DNA of 64,000 bases from Minutocellus sp. GHC0000111 (GCA_977018835.1 OZ361261.1:2108001-2172000); one strand, 5' to 3'; positions 37,328 through 48,433 are shown, counted from the stretch's first letter. The notes: a model not told the origin generated them from the letters alone. Program-made: numbers and translations.

Positions 37328-38818
37328 CTATTTATTAGAAGGATGACGAGCTGGGGGCTCCATCCCCTTGGCCGTTTCGTTGAAGTCGATCCTAATTCCA
37401 GTGTGCAAGTTTTCGTCACCCAACCTTCCAACAAACTCATTGCTACCACCGGCCTTAATCACCAGGCCCATTATCCTCCAGTACTGAATGAAGGCCGAAG
37501 CAATTTTGCAGTTAGGCATGCTATCGTAAACGTCCTCGGCAGTGTCCCAGATCTGGTCGGTGGAAATGACGGAGGTGCCTACCATTTTTCGTGCCCATTC
37601 CGAGTGCCGCCGGCTCATCGCGGGGAACACGTTCAAGTCAAGGACGTTGGCGTGAGGCATCTGCGGTGCCTGTGGCTGCCACGTCCAGCCTTGCTCAGCA
37701 CAGAAGTTAGTAACAAATTGCGTGAAGGTTCCGTCCTCGTGAGGCCCGGCCTGGTCGCCCTGGATAATAACATGGCAATCTTCGTATTGCTTGCCCGGAC
37801 CGACAAGGTTGAGAATCGCTGGGAAAATAGTCTCCTTGAATACGAGGAGCAAAGAGCATTTCGGATCCTTTTTGGTGCCTTCGTTCGATCCAGTAACGCA
37901 ACAATCAACAAGAAACGACTCTCCTTTCCGGCGAAGAGGTTCCTTTGGTGTCCCATCGGGGTTGGTATTTGGGTACCGTATTGAACCATCAGGCTGTGAC
38001 ACTGCTTCGCACTGAGCTCGCTCCGCTATTTTAGGAGCTTGAGCTCGTACCAGTGGCAGTTTTACAACCTCGCACCCACTCTCAAGAGAACCGTCAAAGA
38101 CAGCGGCAACAAATGCAATGGCCATGACCTTGTTGATGTGGCTCCTGTGAAAGGCCGCGTAATCTCGCTTTTTCACGCCGATTTCCTCGCAAGCCTTCGC
38201 AAAAGCTCGGAGGACGAGACCCCAGAACCATTTCTCATCGTAATGCACGAGGAGAACTCGCTTCTTTCCATTCGGTAAATTGCCGTTCTCATCCTTCATT
38301 TTGTTCCTTTTCTTCTCGGCATCGGCCATGGCCTTTTCATCCTTCCGCTTTTCTCGTTTCAAGGCATCCCTTAGCCCTTTCAAAGCCTCCTCTGCAGCTT
38401 TGTATTGCGCTTCGGCCTCAACCAGCAGCACATCCAAATTCTCCTCGGTCGATCCACCAGAATTGGCGGTGCCGGTAGCAGAAACACCGACACTGGCAGG
38501 ATTGCCAGATTCTTCACTGTTGCCGCTTCCATCCACCACCATGGACTCGGCGATGCCCCCAGCTTCGACATTGTCATCACCAGGACGAGCAGCGATACCA
38601 GCATTGTCCTCGACCGTCGGCTCAGGGCTGGCATCGGCGTTGTTGGATGACGAATTGCGCCGAGCAATTTGAATTTGAGAAATCGGCACATCTTGTGCCG
38701 GATCAGGACCGGTCTGGCTCGGACAGCACAGCTCCTCCTCTCGGGCTTGCTCCACAACATCCTGCTGTTTCTGAAGTGAGAGGCCCGCCCATGCCCGGTT
38801 CGCTATGGTCTGGATCAT
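37328..38818 (-). CDS. Transposase catalytic protein, DD38D, related to the plant/oomycete DD39D mariner group (copy 1)
   Basis: Motifs VHYDEKWFW, HINKVMAIA, IIQGDQAGPH and QAPQMPHANVLDLNVF. 38 residues counted between the 2nd and 3rd Asp. Confidence 0.9.
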   Translation of the reverse strand: MIQTIANRAWAGLSLQKQQDVVEQAREEELCCPSQTGPDPAQDVPISQIQIARRNSSSNNADASPEPTVEDNAGIAARPGDDNVEAGGIAESMVVDGSGNSEESGNPASVGVSATGTANSGGSTEENLDVLLVEAEAQYKAAEEALKGLRDALKREKRKDEKAMADAEKKRNKMKDENGNLPNGKKRVLLVHYDEKWFWGLVLRAFAKACEEIGVKKRDYAAFHRSHINKVMAIAFVAAVFDGSLESGCEVVKLPLVRAQAPKIAERAQCEAVSQPDGSIRYPNTNPDGTPKEPLRRKGESFLVDCCVTGSNEGTKKDPKCSLLLVFKETIFPAILNLVGPGKQYEDCHVIIQGDQAGPHEDGTFTQFVTNFCAEQGWTWQPQAPQMPHANVLDLNVFPAMSRRHSEWARKMVGTSVISTDQIWDTAEDVYDSMPNCKIASAFIQYWRIMGLVIKAGGSNEFVGRLGDENLHTGIRIDFNETAKGMEPPARHPSNK

Positions 38819-39737
38819 CCCAGGAGACTTGCCACGAATCGTAGAGGCATCGATGGTGCCGCTCCGATGGACAAAACAATCAAAGCATGGGATGGAGCTG
38901 CCGGACCGACGGGAGCGGCGACATGCTGGCGCGCATCAGCTGCGGTGGCAGCAGTAGCAACAGCCATTTGCATTAACATGGTGTTGGATGCAGTATTTTG
39001 TGGCAGTAGAGCAACAGTTTGTATGTCGGGTGGGTTGGAAATGAGGAAGGTTTCATTGAGTTGCGGGCGCGCCGGGCGGGTGATGATTTCTTTGGCCCGC
39101 TCGATTTTGGCGCGGGGTCACCCGGACCGCATGAGACACGCCATTATGGGGACCATGGAGACCGATATCGGAGCTCAAACCATATGGCTACTTGAATCAA
39201 TGCATTTGGGAGGTGGTGGTGGGGTCGGGAGGTGGAGGAGGTGACCGGTTGTCATCGGAAAAACTGGCAGAAGTCGGGAGGGGCGATGGATGGGGGGGGG
39301 TGAATCGGCCAGACGCTGGCATGGGAAGATGAAATTGATATCTCCGAGTCGGTCCAAGGTCAAGGACCAACAACCCGTTCTGGAGACACCACGCTTATCC
39401 CTTGCGTGAAGCGGATGCCGTCGGCACTGCCGTCACCGCCATCTTGAAGACAGGACGATAGCAAATCAATGCTGCTTGCTGCGTGCGTTTGTGCTGATTT
39501 TTATGAGATTTTGCCCAAAGACCCGAAAACCGGGTCCCTGAAACTGCTGTCCGCGACCTCGTATGCTTCGGCGACTGGATGGACCGGTGATGAAGCACAC
39601 ACGCCTTTAATTTAGTTGAGGTCAGTCGAGCGGTCGGCCGGTCATTCGCAGTCCTCATCATCTCATCATTCGCAGGCAGGAGTTGAGAGGGCGGCGCGAG
39701 GAGACAAGGCCCACTGCCAGCTTGCGCAATAAGAAAC

Positions 39738-40817
39738 ATGTTCGACGACCGACTGCCTCCCTTTGAGGCGCACGGCGGTATCCTGGAGCCCTTCGACGAC
39801 GGGCACGTCCCCGAGACGTTCCGATGCTCGTCAATACCCACCAGCACAAGCACCAACACTTCCAGCAATGACGACGGCAAAAATTGCCACGACGAAAACC
39901 ATCCCCGAATAGTTCGCTATCCTCTCCACCATTCTGATTCTCCATCGGTGAGGGTCTATGATGATGTCCTGCCGATCGCTCTGCTTGATCAGCTGTATGA
40001 GTGCACGGTCCATCCTGCAAATGCCGAGAATGACGACGCCAGCAGCAGCGGCAGTCCGCCCAAGCCATGGGGTACCTACGTGACGATAGAGGAGGCGGTG
40101 GAATGGCTGGAACAGTTTGGTGCCAAAGGTTGTGATATGGAACATGCGTTCAATATAGAAAAGCTGAAAGCTCAGAATCTCGACGAACATCGGCACAATC
40201 TCGCCGTCGCCGTCATTGCCCTCCTTCTCATCGGTCGAAAGGATGACGAAGCCAGCGCCATCATCCCCTCCGATGCTTCTGACGGTCCACCACGTTTATT
40301 GAAGGACCTCGCCAGTCCATCCACTGCACTGAAATCAGATGCACATGGGGTTGCCGTGTGGGCATTGTCCTCCAACGTGGGGTCAGAAGTGAAGTATCAC
40401 ATTGATTATGCCGAGCAATATCGCTACGAGCGGAACATTACCGTCCCACCCCTGCTGGCAGGTACTGTGCAGTGTACCAGCTTTGGAGGAAAGGATGATG
40501 GCAGTGGCGGCGATCAAATGGTCGGTGGTGACTTTGCTGTAAATTTGGGTGGGTTGAAGCATTACGAAGCAAATGGCTACAAGGGGGCAAGGAGTGGAGA
40601 TGATCGAGGGGGTTGGACTGACACAACAAATGAAGATACGGACAGCACGTGCTCATCGGCACCGCATCACAACCAACACACTAAGTGGGTCACTGTTCCC
40701 TATCGATACAATCGTGCCATATTTCATCATGGACAGCTACCGCATCTGTCCGCCCCGATCAAATCCATCTCGTCATCCGGAGAAGACGCTGAAAACAATC
40801 GGCAGAGGAGCACCTGA
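39738..40817 (+). pseudogene. 3'-truncated copy of the 2OG-Fe(II) oxygenase-like gene, cut by the duplication junction
   Basis: Identical to 49353.. up to 40812, then stops at 40817. It lacks the SRVILGMN strand and the C-terminus. Confidence 0.85.
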
Positions 40818-40972
40818 CCTACTAGAATAGTATGCAATTAATTGCGCTGTGTGTAATACAATGGATGTTACAAACTTGTCAAAGCTCATCAACCGCACCA
40901 ATGGAAGCAGTCCAAAACAACAATAATGACAATGATAATAACGTGAGCCCCAAAGAGGCGTGGAAATCAAAT

Positions 40973-42031
40973 CTACCACCACGGAAGACCACTCGCAAGC
41001 CAATCGACACAGAATCTTTCCAAAAGGGTGAGGGCGATGGTAAATCCACTGAACAGCAGCATCAGATTGGCGACGGTATGTAGAGCATTGCCTTGGCTCC
41101 GGTAGGGATTCTTGAAGGCGGTCTGCTGAGTCTGATACATGTACTGGGGAAGGACATGCTGCTGCCGATCGTTATGACCAGAGCTCATGGAAATGTTACC
41201 TTCGTACAAAGTATTTTCGTGCCGATGATTGCGCTGTACAAAATGTTGATTTTGTTGCGACACCACACCACTTTCGCTCTCCAAATGCTGCTGCAGTCGC
41301 TCCTCATGCGATGATTCCGCCCGGTCAGCCCGTCCCCATCCGCGACGATGGTGCCAGTGATTGGCACTTCCAGGAGCTGGTACATGTCCCGTGAAACGTC
41401 GGCTATCGTGGCATACGGGGTCCATCTGACTCTCCATGTGATCTATCGAGTCCAGGATGCTCCCCACAACATCGTTGTTGTTGTTGGTATTGGCATTATT
41501 GCTGATGGCACAGGTCGAAAATGATGTGTCATTGTCGATGCTGGAAGTGCTGCCGTAGAATCGACTATCGCCAACGTGCTCCTGACCGTCTATGCCATCG
41601 CCAGGATATGAATAGTCGGAATGACGGCGCCTCTCCACCGTCCTACTCGGCCTGTAATTCCTCTGAGTACCGGTCCTGGCTCTGCTTGCCGGTCTTTTGC
41701 TACTTTGGTTGGATGGAGTGCCAGCGGACGCAGAAGCCGCCCGTCCTCCAGACATGCCAAAGCCAGAGTTTACAGTCGACGGTGAAGCGACGGAGAGGCC
41801 GCTTCGCCTATAACCACTGCGGCGTTGCATCGTCGAGCTCATTCTCTTGGGGTTAGAGGTTGGAGAGAGGTCTCTAATTATGGTGCATGCCGTATTGCTG
41901 AATGACCGGCGAGCCGGCGAGTGACCTTGAGTCAAGGGACGGAGGGTAAATTCTTCAGTTCCGGGAACTACCCCTTTTTTCACAAAAACTGCCATATCTC
42001 GGGAACCACATGGAATTTTGAGGCCATCCAA
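40973..42031 (-). CDS. Hypothetical low-complexity protein, copy 2
   Basis: Same translation as 31358..32416. Confidence 0.4.
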   Translation of the reverse strand: MDGLKIPCGSRDMAVFVKKGVVPGTEEFTLRPLTQGHSPARRSFSNTACTIIRDLSPTSNPKRMSSTMQRRSGYRRSGLSVASPSTVNSGFGMSGGRAASASAGTPSNQSSKRPASRARTGTQRNYRPSRTVERRRHSDYSYPGDGIDGQEHVGDSRFYGSTSSIDNDTSFSTCAISNNANTNNNNDVVGSILDSIDHMESQMDPVCHDSRRFTGHVPAPGSANHWHHRRGWGRADRAESSHEERLQQHLESESGVVSQQNQHFVQRNHRHENTLYEGNISMSSGHNDRQQHVLPQYMYQTQQTAFKNPYRSQGNALHTVANLMLLFSGFTIALTLLERFCVDWLASGLPWW

Positions 42032-43762
42032 GAATCGAAATCCTCGGCAATGTTATCTGCTTTGTAGTCGACTGGTAGGCTAATAGCTTAAATAATTCGA
42101 TTGGGTCTAAATATAGAATCTGCGCTTCAAAACGACGTGACGGGACAGGCTGGAAAATTCACATGAATTTCTTCCGAATGACACCCACAACGAAATAAGC
42201 TATCTGCGACATGTCTCCATCCACTCTCCACGACCCCTCGGGGACGGGCAATGCCTCAGCTCTGGCTGTTGTACTGTCTGGCGTCCCCCGGAACCGGTTT
42301 CGACCCCAAATTTGGCCTCCCCGAAGCAGCTGCTCAGGAATGGCTGACGAAAAGTAGATCGTAGACAAATAAGCTATCTATCCGACCTCAATACCTTCTC
42401 TTTAGATGTTATTTGGATAGGCATGACCCTTGGTCCGAGGTTCCGATTCGGTCTTGGTGGTGAGATATTGAATCCCCTCTTGGCCAAAAATGGGCCAAAA
42501 CGCTAACAAACCACGCGTTGAGAAAATGTGGGGGGAGCCCCCGAAAAAAATTGACGCGTGGGTTGTTAGCGTTTTGCTCATGTGTTCCGGCGGTTCCGGT
42601 GTCGTCCATGGGTGGAATTGGACTGGACCAAGGGATGGAATAGCTCACTCTACCTGTACTGGTAGGTGTGTGATGGTTGGTACACGGCGAAGCGCCTCGG
42701 GTGCGTCCTCCGCAGCATCCAGCACAACTACACCTCCGGAGGCCGACCCGCCAGCCGCCAGAGCCACCCAAAATGCTCCGGCGTCGTCGATGGACATTGT
42801 GGAGGCGTCTGAGAGCCCTCCCGCCGCTCCGCCCGCGCCGGGGAGGAGACCAACGAAGAATATAACAGCTGAGCAGAAGAAGGAGTTCCAGGAATGCTTT
42901 GCGAAAATGAAATGCAACTCAAACGATCGCATGCCGCTCCGAAACGTCGACCGCGGACTGGACACTGTTATTGACCGGCATGGTCTGACTCGCACCCAAG
43001 CAAGCAGACAATTTGCCAATTACAAACGCAGCCTCTAGGTAGTCAAGAAGCTCATGCGTAAATACAAGAAGTCGGAACTGAAGAACATCTTCATCACATT
43101 CTTTGACGACGACGAAATGCGCGAATTCGTCGACGTCGTCACGTGCGACGACAAAGAGGGAAACGCCGACGTGTACAGTGATTTTTTCAGCAAAGAAGAG
43201 CTCAAGCTTGCTGACATGTTTCGTCGAAAGCAATCGGATCTAGCTGATGCCTTTCAATCTCTGGCTGCACTGACCGATTCTGGCTTTGCTCACATTCTCT
43301 TGGACATGACAGAATTTTATGCCGAGACGGCCGCCGATGTGCGGCCCCTGCCGCCACCGCCGCTGCTCATCGCGCGTCCCTAGGCCACCACCGAGGCAAT
43401 ATCGGGGCTCCTCGCGGTCCGCCGCCGCCTACACCGCCGCCAATAGACCACGAACCGCGGCTGAGGCCACCCGCCGGAAGGTGAGAGAAGAGATCGGTAA
43501 GAGTGTTTGGGGCGCAGATTTTGAATTGTTAAAATGACGTCATTAGAGTATTCTTTTAGCCTGTCCCGTCAGGTCGAATCTCCGGGTCGTTGAAAATTCA
43601 CCCTCCTCCCTTGCTTGAGTGGCTTGAGTGTCCAAAACTACGTACGTACAGAGCCCCTTGCATACGTACGTACAGCATTCTAAAAAACGTACGTACGACG
43701 CACAAATGAATTTTGGCGGTTCTGGTGTTTGAAAAGGAGTTCGTCGCCTATCCAGTATTGAT

Positions 43763-45454
43763 TCATTTCTTCTTACTTTTGGCAATCGCACCGCTGATCA
43801 CCACAGCGCCATCGCGATACATTGGGATGCCCATAAGTGGATCCTGGACGGCATCCGAAGTACAGCGTTCGTCAATTGCAACCAATGTAACTTCGTTCTT
43901 GTTGTTGAAAAAGTGTTTCGTCTCGCAAGCATAGCCATGGCCCTTGGCAGTTTCTCTAGCCTTTGAGAGTTCATTCCAAGGCACCTCCTTCCCTTGCAAC
44001 TTGCATGTAATAACAACTCTTGAAACCCACCGCTTTCCACACCAATCGTCCAATAACTCGACGACTCGTTCCGGATAAGCAATGATATCAGAAACCATCC
44101 ACGAATTGTCTGGAGCTGAATCCAGCGACGTTGAGTAGTCGTCTACCCACGGAGGGAAGAATCTGAAGGCATCTCCTTCCACAAATTCCACTAGGGGGTC
44201 ATTCATTAACGCATCATCGAGCGGCGATCGATCCACAGAAAGCACTCTACATCCCATCAGACGAAGGGCACCAGTCCAACCACCAGGACAGGCACCTAGA
44301 TCAACCACGGGCGGTACGCCAGGACCATCGACCGGTGGTCTGTCGCCCATATACCAGAACGATTCGAGAAGCTTGCGATAAGCCGAGCTGGGCATCGCCT
44401 GCTCAATGTCAACCTTCGCAAGGCCGGCCGGTAGTGACCAGTTCGGCCATGACCACGAGCACGGTAGAGATTCGGCGCTGGTGGTGCACCGAGTCAGGCT
44501 GGCGGCAGCCACCTCGGGCGCCAATAGCATAATTTGCAATAGCCACTTTTGCCGCTCGAGCTGCTGCTCGTCATTTCCCTCCTCTTGCCGAGTTGGTCGA
44601 GCAGCAGGGCAAATTTTCTTCATCTGCGCCGCAACTTCCTCGGCAACCTTGCTCGATCGTCTCATCATTTGTGGTTCGGGAACGCCTCTTCCCATCTGTG
44701 GCACAAGGGCATGGACCGATAGACTACCCCGAGGCGCAGCCCATAATTGGGTCTGGAGGGTCGCCGCACGTTCGTCATTTTTGTCCAATAATGCATCCAT
44801 AATAGTCGTGGCCAGTCCCTTGATACTCTCGGCCTTGACAACGACGCAATCTGGAAGATATTGCAGCGCATAGGTTGGATTGAAATCATCTGGCAACAGC
44901 TGGGTGATATCACCAGCTGGATCATTCAGACAAACAACGCCAGGATGGGGACTGGTCATTGTGAGTTTCCCGACTGTATCCTCGCCACCAAGAGTATGGC
45001 CAGCCACTTGCCTCCTGATTTCTTCCATGAGTGTATCTTCGTACGTATGACGTGCCGTGAAGTAGCTGGGCCGAGGACTGGTAGCCGAGGTCAGAGATGG
45101 CAGTGGGGCGTTTCTGCTTTGTCCCGACCAATCGACTCCGTCAGAACGCCCTCGCTTGTTATTTCCACCGCGACCGCCGCCACGACCACCTCGTCCGCCT
45201 CGACCTCGACCACCCCCTCGACCAGATCTCCCACCACTACCTCTTCCACCGCCTTGTTTATTGTAGCCCTTGTATCGTTCTCGTCCGACAGGTCCTGACG
45301 AAAAGAGGGCATACAGGCCGAGCAGGGAAGAAGGGGCAACCATGTGTGATCGAGGAGATGACGAGGAATGTAGCGGAGCACAGCGGAGACAACGGGCTGC
45401 CGCTGATTGCATCTCTCTCGTGGCGGGGGCGATGGCGGTTGGTCGGAATGTCAT
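43763..45454 (-). CDS. RlmM-like (FtsJ/RrmJ-fold) RNA 2'-O-methyltransferase with RGG-rich N-region, intact copy; possibly organelle-targeted
   Basis: PSSAYRKLLESF, VVDLGACPGGWT, WMVSDII, ITCKL and NKNEVTL give the K-D-K-E tetrad pattern. Confidence 0.85.
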   Translation of the reverse strand: MTFRPTAIAPATREMQSAAARCLRCAPLHSSSSPRSHMVAPSSLLGLYALFSSGPVGRERYKGYNKQGGGRGSGGRSGRGGGRGRGGRGGRGGGRGGNNKRGRSDGVDWSGQSRNAPLPSLTSATSPRPSYFTARHTYEDTLMEEIRRQVAGHTLGGEDTVGKLTMTSPHPGVVCLNDPAGDITQLLPDDFNPTYALQYLPDCVVVKAESIKGLATTIMDALLDKNDERAATLQTQLWAAPRGSLSVHALVPQMGRGVPEPQMMRRSSKVAEEVAAQMKKICPAARPTRQEEGNDEQQLERQKWLLQIMLLAPEVAAASLTRCTTSAESLPCSWSWPNWSLPAGLAKVDIEQAMPSSAYRKLLESFWYMGDRPPVDGPGVPPVVDLGACPGGWTGALRLMGCRVLSVDRSPLDDALMNDPLVEFVEGDAFRFFPPWVDDYSTSLDSAPDNSWMVSDIIAYPERVVELLDDWCGKRWVSRVVITCKLQGKEVPWNELSKARETAKGHGYACETKHFFNNKNEVTLVAIDERCTSDAVQDPLMGIPMYRDGAVVISGAIAKSKKK

Positions 45455-45719
45455 TCAAGGGAGCACAAAGTGTTCTGGCCGTCGCTCCACTCTCCGTGTG
45501 GTCGCTCGTCAGTGAGCTACGAGGTCCGGGACAGCAATTTCGGGGACCCGGTTTTTTGGGTCTTTGGACTTTCCGACACGGCGGTTTGCGCGCACCTTGA
45601 AAAACACGCGGCAAAGCAAGCAAATCAAAACACATCCGTCAACAACCGACCTCCAAGCAATTACCACAAATAGACTGGGCAACTTCTGCCGACTGGCGCT
45701 TCAAGAAGCTTCCATACTC

Positions 45720-46847
45720 ATGGATACTCCAAAGGGACACATCTTCAGTCCACCGCGTCCACCGAAACGCGCCGAGGCGACTGCATTCAGCCCCTCGCGC
45801 CATGAGAAGGAAACTTCCAACGAAACGCCGGAACATCCGCGGTATCGAGAGAACAAGGACAACGATGACGAGGAGGACAACCAAGGGGTCCCACCGGCAT
45901 CGTCAGACCTCACATCTCCTCGTGTGTTGAAATATCGACGCGAGTACAACGAAGAGGATGGCTTCGCCGCCGAACAAGCCCAAGCAAGGAAGTACTTGCA
46001 TCATGACATATTGCGTGCCGACTTTCGCGGTACCGCTACCGTTTCATCTCATTCTGATGAAGATGATTCATTCTCAGAGATGAGCATAGCAACCGCCGAC
46101 GCAAAGCCAAGCGGCGAGAGGAGAAAGCCCGTGAGCTCATTCGACCTTCCCTCCGCCACGCCCATGGTAACAAGTCCAATGTCAGTTCATACTCAGTATG
46201 CTCTTACCCCAAGCCGCTCATGCCCGTCGTTCAGCAACCTTCAATTGTCATCCCCTACCATCTTGGAGCCCTTGCCTCCAACCGAACGACAGATTGAACG
46301 AGAGGTTGAGGAACATCGGAGGCTTGCGTGCTATTTGACGTACGGAGAAGCACCACTACCACAAGATATAAAGAACTACAAGTCACCCACATGTAGTCAG
46401 AGGCCCGAACCAAGAAGAAAAGAGAAAGGGGTCTACCTCCCCTTCAAACAAGTTCCTGGTTGGGGTAGCGAGGTCGCGGTCACCACAGTGCTAGGCATGA
46501 TCGAAGTCGATTGCCAAGTAAGAGAGGGTCGTGGTGCCTACCCGAAAGGGTGGAGAAGCAGAGAACTCGGATTGTATGATAACAAGACAATAGAATTCTC
46601 TATTGCATTATCTACTGACAAGATTGCATTAGATGCATATAAGTTGGGATATGAGGATGGGAGTAAACAACCAACTGCTCACCCTGCCCTCACTGAAAAT
46701 AAACTTGCCGATGCATATGGTGTGAAGCGCGGAAAGATTCGTCAGTCCCTCCACGCTGTGTGGCTTTCTAATGATCATAAGAAGGCCAAGGAGGCAAAAA
46801 AGAATACCGGTAGAAATAGAAGAACAAAGAAGCCCACCGTGACATAA
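45720..46847 (+). CDS. Transposon ORF2 with C-terminal HTH-like motif (copy 2)
   Basis: Same translation as 36105..37232. Confidence 0.65.
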   Translation: MDTPKGHIFSPPRPPKRAEATAFSPSRHEKETSNETPEHPRYRENKDNDDEEDNQGVPPASSDLTSPRVLKYRREYNEEDGFAAEQAQARKYLHHDILRADFRGTATVSSHSDEDDSFSEMSIATADAKPSGERRKPVSSFDLPSATPMVTSPMSVHTQYALTPSRSCPSFSNLQLSSPTILEPLPPTERQIEREVEEHRRLACYLTYGEAPLPQDIKNYKSPTCSQRPEPRRKEKGVYLPFKQVPGWGSEVAVTTVLGMIEVDCQVREGRGAYPKGWRSRELGLYDNKTIEFSIALSTDKIALDAYKLGYEDGSKQPTAHPALTENKLADAYGVKRGKIRQSLHAVWLSNDHKKAKEAKKNTGRNRRTKKPTVT

Positions 46848-46942
46848 ACAAACCAATGCTGCTGCATCTTACATGTAGATCTATAAATAATTTGTAGACG
46901 TGTAACATTTATTTAATACATGTGTAAAGACATTAACACTAT

Positions 46943-48433
46943 CTATTTATTAGAAGGATGACGAGCTGGGGGCTCCATCCCCTTGGCCGTTTCGTTGAAG
47001 TCGATCCTAATTCCAGTGTGCAAGTTTTCGTCACCCAACCTTCCAACAAACTCATTGCTACCACCGGCCTTAATCACCAGGCCCATTATCCTCCAGTACT
47101 GAATGAAGGCCGAAGCAATTTTGCAGTTAGGCATGCTATCGTAAACGTCCTCGGCAGTGTCCCAGATCTGGTCGGTGGAAATGACGGAGGTGCCTACCAT
47201 TTTTCGTGCCCATTCCGAGTGCCGCCGGCTCATCGCGGGGAACACGTTCAAGTCAAGGACGTTGGCGTGAGGCATCTGCGGTGCCTGTGGCTGCCACGTC
47301 CAGCCTTGCTCAGCACAGAAGTTAGTAACAAATTGCGTGAAGGTTCCGTCCTCGTGAGGCCCGGCCTGGTCGCCCTGGATAATAACATGGCAATCTTCGT
47401 ATTGCTTGCCCGGACCGACAAGGTTGAGAATCGCTGGGAAAATAGTCTCCTTGAATACGAGGAGCAAAGAGCATTTCGGATCCTTTTTGGTGCCTTCGTT
47501 CGATCCAGTAACGCAACAATCAACAAGAAACGACTCTCCTTTCCGGCGAAGAGGTTCCTTTGGTGTCCCATCGGGGTTGGTATTTGGGTACCGTATTGAA
47601 CCATCAGGCTGTGACACTGCTTCGCACTGAGCTCGCTCCGCTATTTTAGGAGCTTGAGCTCGTACCAGTGGCAGTTTTACAACCTCGCACCCACTCTCAA
47701 GAGAACCGTCAAAGACAGCGGCAACAAATGCAATGGCCATGACCTTGTTGATGTGGCTCCTGTGAAAGGCCGCGTAATCTCGCTTTTTCACGCCGATTTC
47801 CTCGCAAGCCTTCGCAAAAGCTCGGAGGACGAGACCCCAGAACCATTTCTCATCGTAATGCACGAGGAGAACTCGCTTCTTTCCATTCGGTAAATTGCCG
47901 TTCTCATCCTTCATTTTGTTCCTTTTCTTCTCGGCATCGGCCATGGCCTTTTCATCCTTCCGCTTTTCTCGTTTCAAGGCATCCCTTAGCCCTTTCAAAG
48001 CCTCCTCTGCAGCTTTGTATTGCGCTTCGGCCTCAACCAGCAGCACATCCAAATTCTCCTCGGTCGATCCACCAGAATTGGCGGTGCCGGTAGCAGAAAC
48101 ACCGACACTGGCAGGATTGCCAGATTCTTCACTGTTGCCGCTTCCATCCACCACCATGGACTCGGCGATGCCCCCAGCTTCGACATTGTCATCACCAGGA
48201 CGAGCAGCGATACCAGCATTGTCCTCGACCGTCGGCTCAGGGCTGGCATCGGCGTTGTTGGATGACGAATTGCGCCGAGCAATTTGAATTTGAGAAATCG
48301 GCACATCTTGTGCCGGATCAGGACCGGTCTGGCTCGGACAGCACAGCTCCTCCTCTCGGGCTTGCTCCACAACATCCTGCTGTTTCTGAAGTGAGAGGCC
48401 CGCCCATGCCCGGTTCGCTATGGTCTGGATCAT
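46943..48433 (-). CDS. DD38D transposase (copy 2)
   Basis: Same translation as 37328..38818. Confidence 0.9.
   Translation of the reverse strand: MIQTIANRAWAGLSLQKQQDVVEQAREEELCCPSQTGPDPAQDVPISQIQIARRNSSSNNADASPEPTVEDNAGIAARPGDDNVEAGGIAESMVVDGSGNSEESGNPASVGVSATGTANSGGSTEENLDVLLVEAEAQYKAAEEALKGLRDALKREKRKDEKAMADAEKKRNKMKDENGNLPNGKKRVLLVHYDEKWFWGLVLRAFAKACEEIGVKKRDYAAFHRSHINKVMAIAFVAAVFDGSLESGCEVVKLPLVRAQAPKIAERAQCEAVSQPDGSIRYPNTNPDGTPKEPLRRKGESFLVDCCVTGSNEGTKKDPKCSLLLVFKETIFPAILNLVGPGKQYEDCHVIIQGDQAGPHEDGTFTQFVTNFCAEQGWTWQPQAPQMPHANVLDLNVFPAMSRRHSEWARKMVGTSVISTDQIWDTAEDVYDSMPNCKIASAFIQYWRIMGLVIKAGGSNEFVGRLGDENLHTGIRIDFNETAKGMEPPARHPSNK

Larger units (their letters stand above)
35905..39561. 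mobile_element. Tc1/mariner-superfamily DNA transposon, 3,657 bp, ~48-bp imperfect TIRs, TA target duplication, two convergent ORFs (copy 1)
   Basis: TA|cgaggtccgggacagcaatttcggggacccggttttttgggtctttgg (35905-35952) pairs with the reverse complement of 39515-39561|TA at about 42/48 identity, and encloses a DDD transposase. Confidence 0.92.

Noticed and set aside
39208..39300. G-rich tracts upstream of the transposase (possible G-quadruplex)
   Set aside because: Irregular G-runs with no supporting evidence.
34148..40817. Methyltransferase + transposase + 2OG-oxygenase as an operon-like modification or defence system
   Set aside because: Both enzymes lie outside the TIRs and look like ordinary host genes separated by the insertion.
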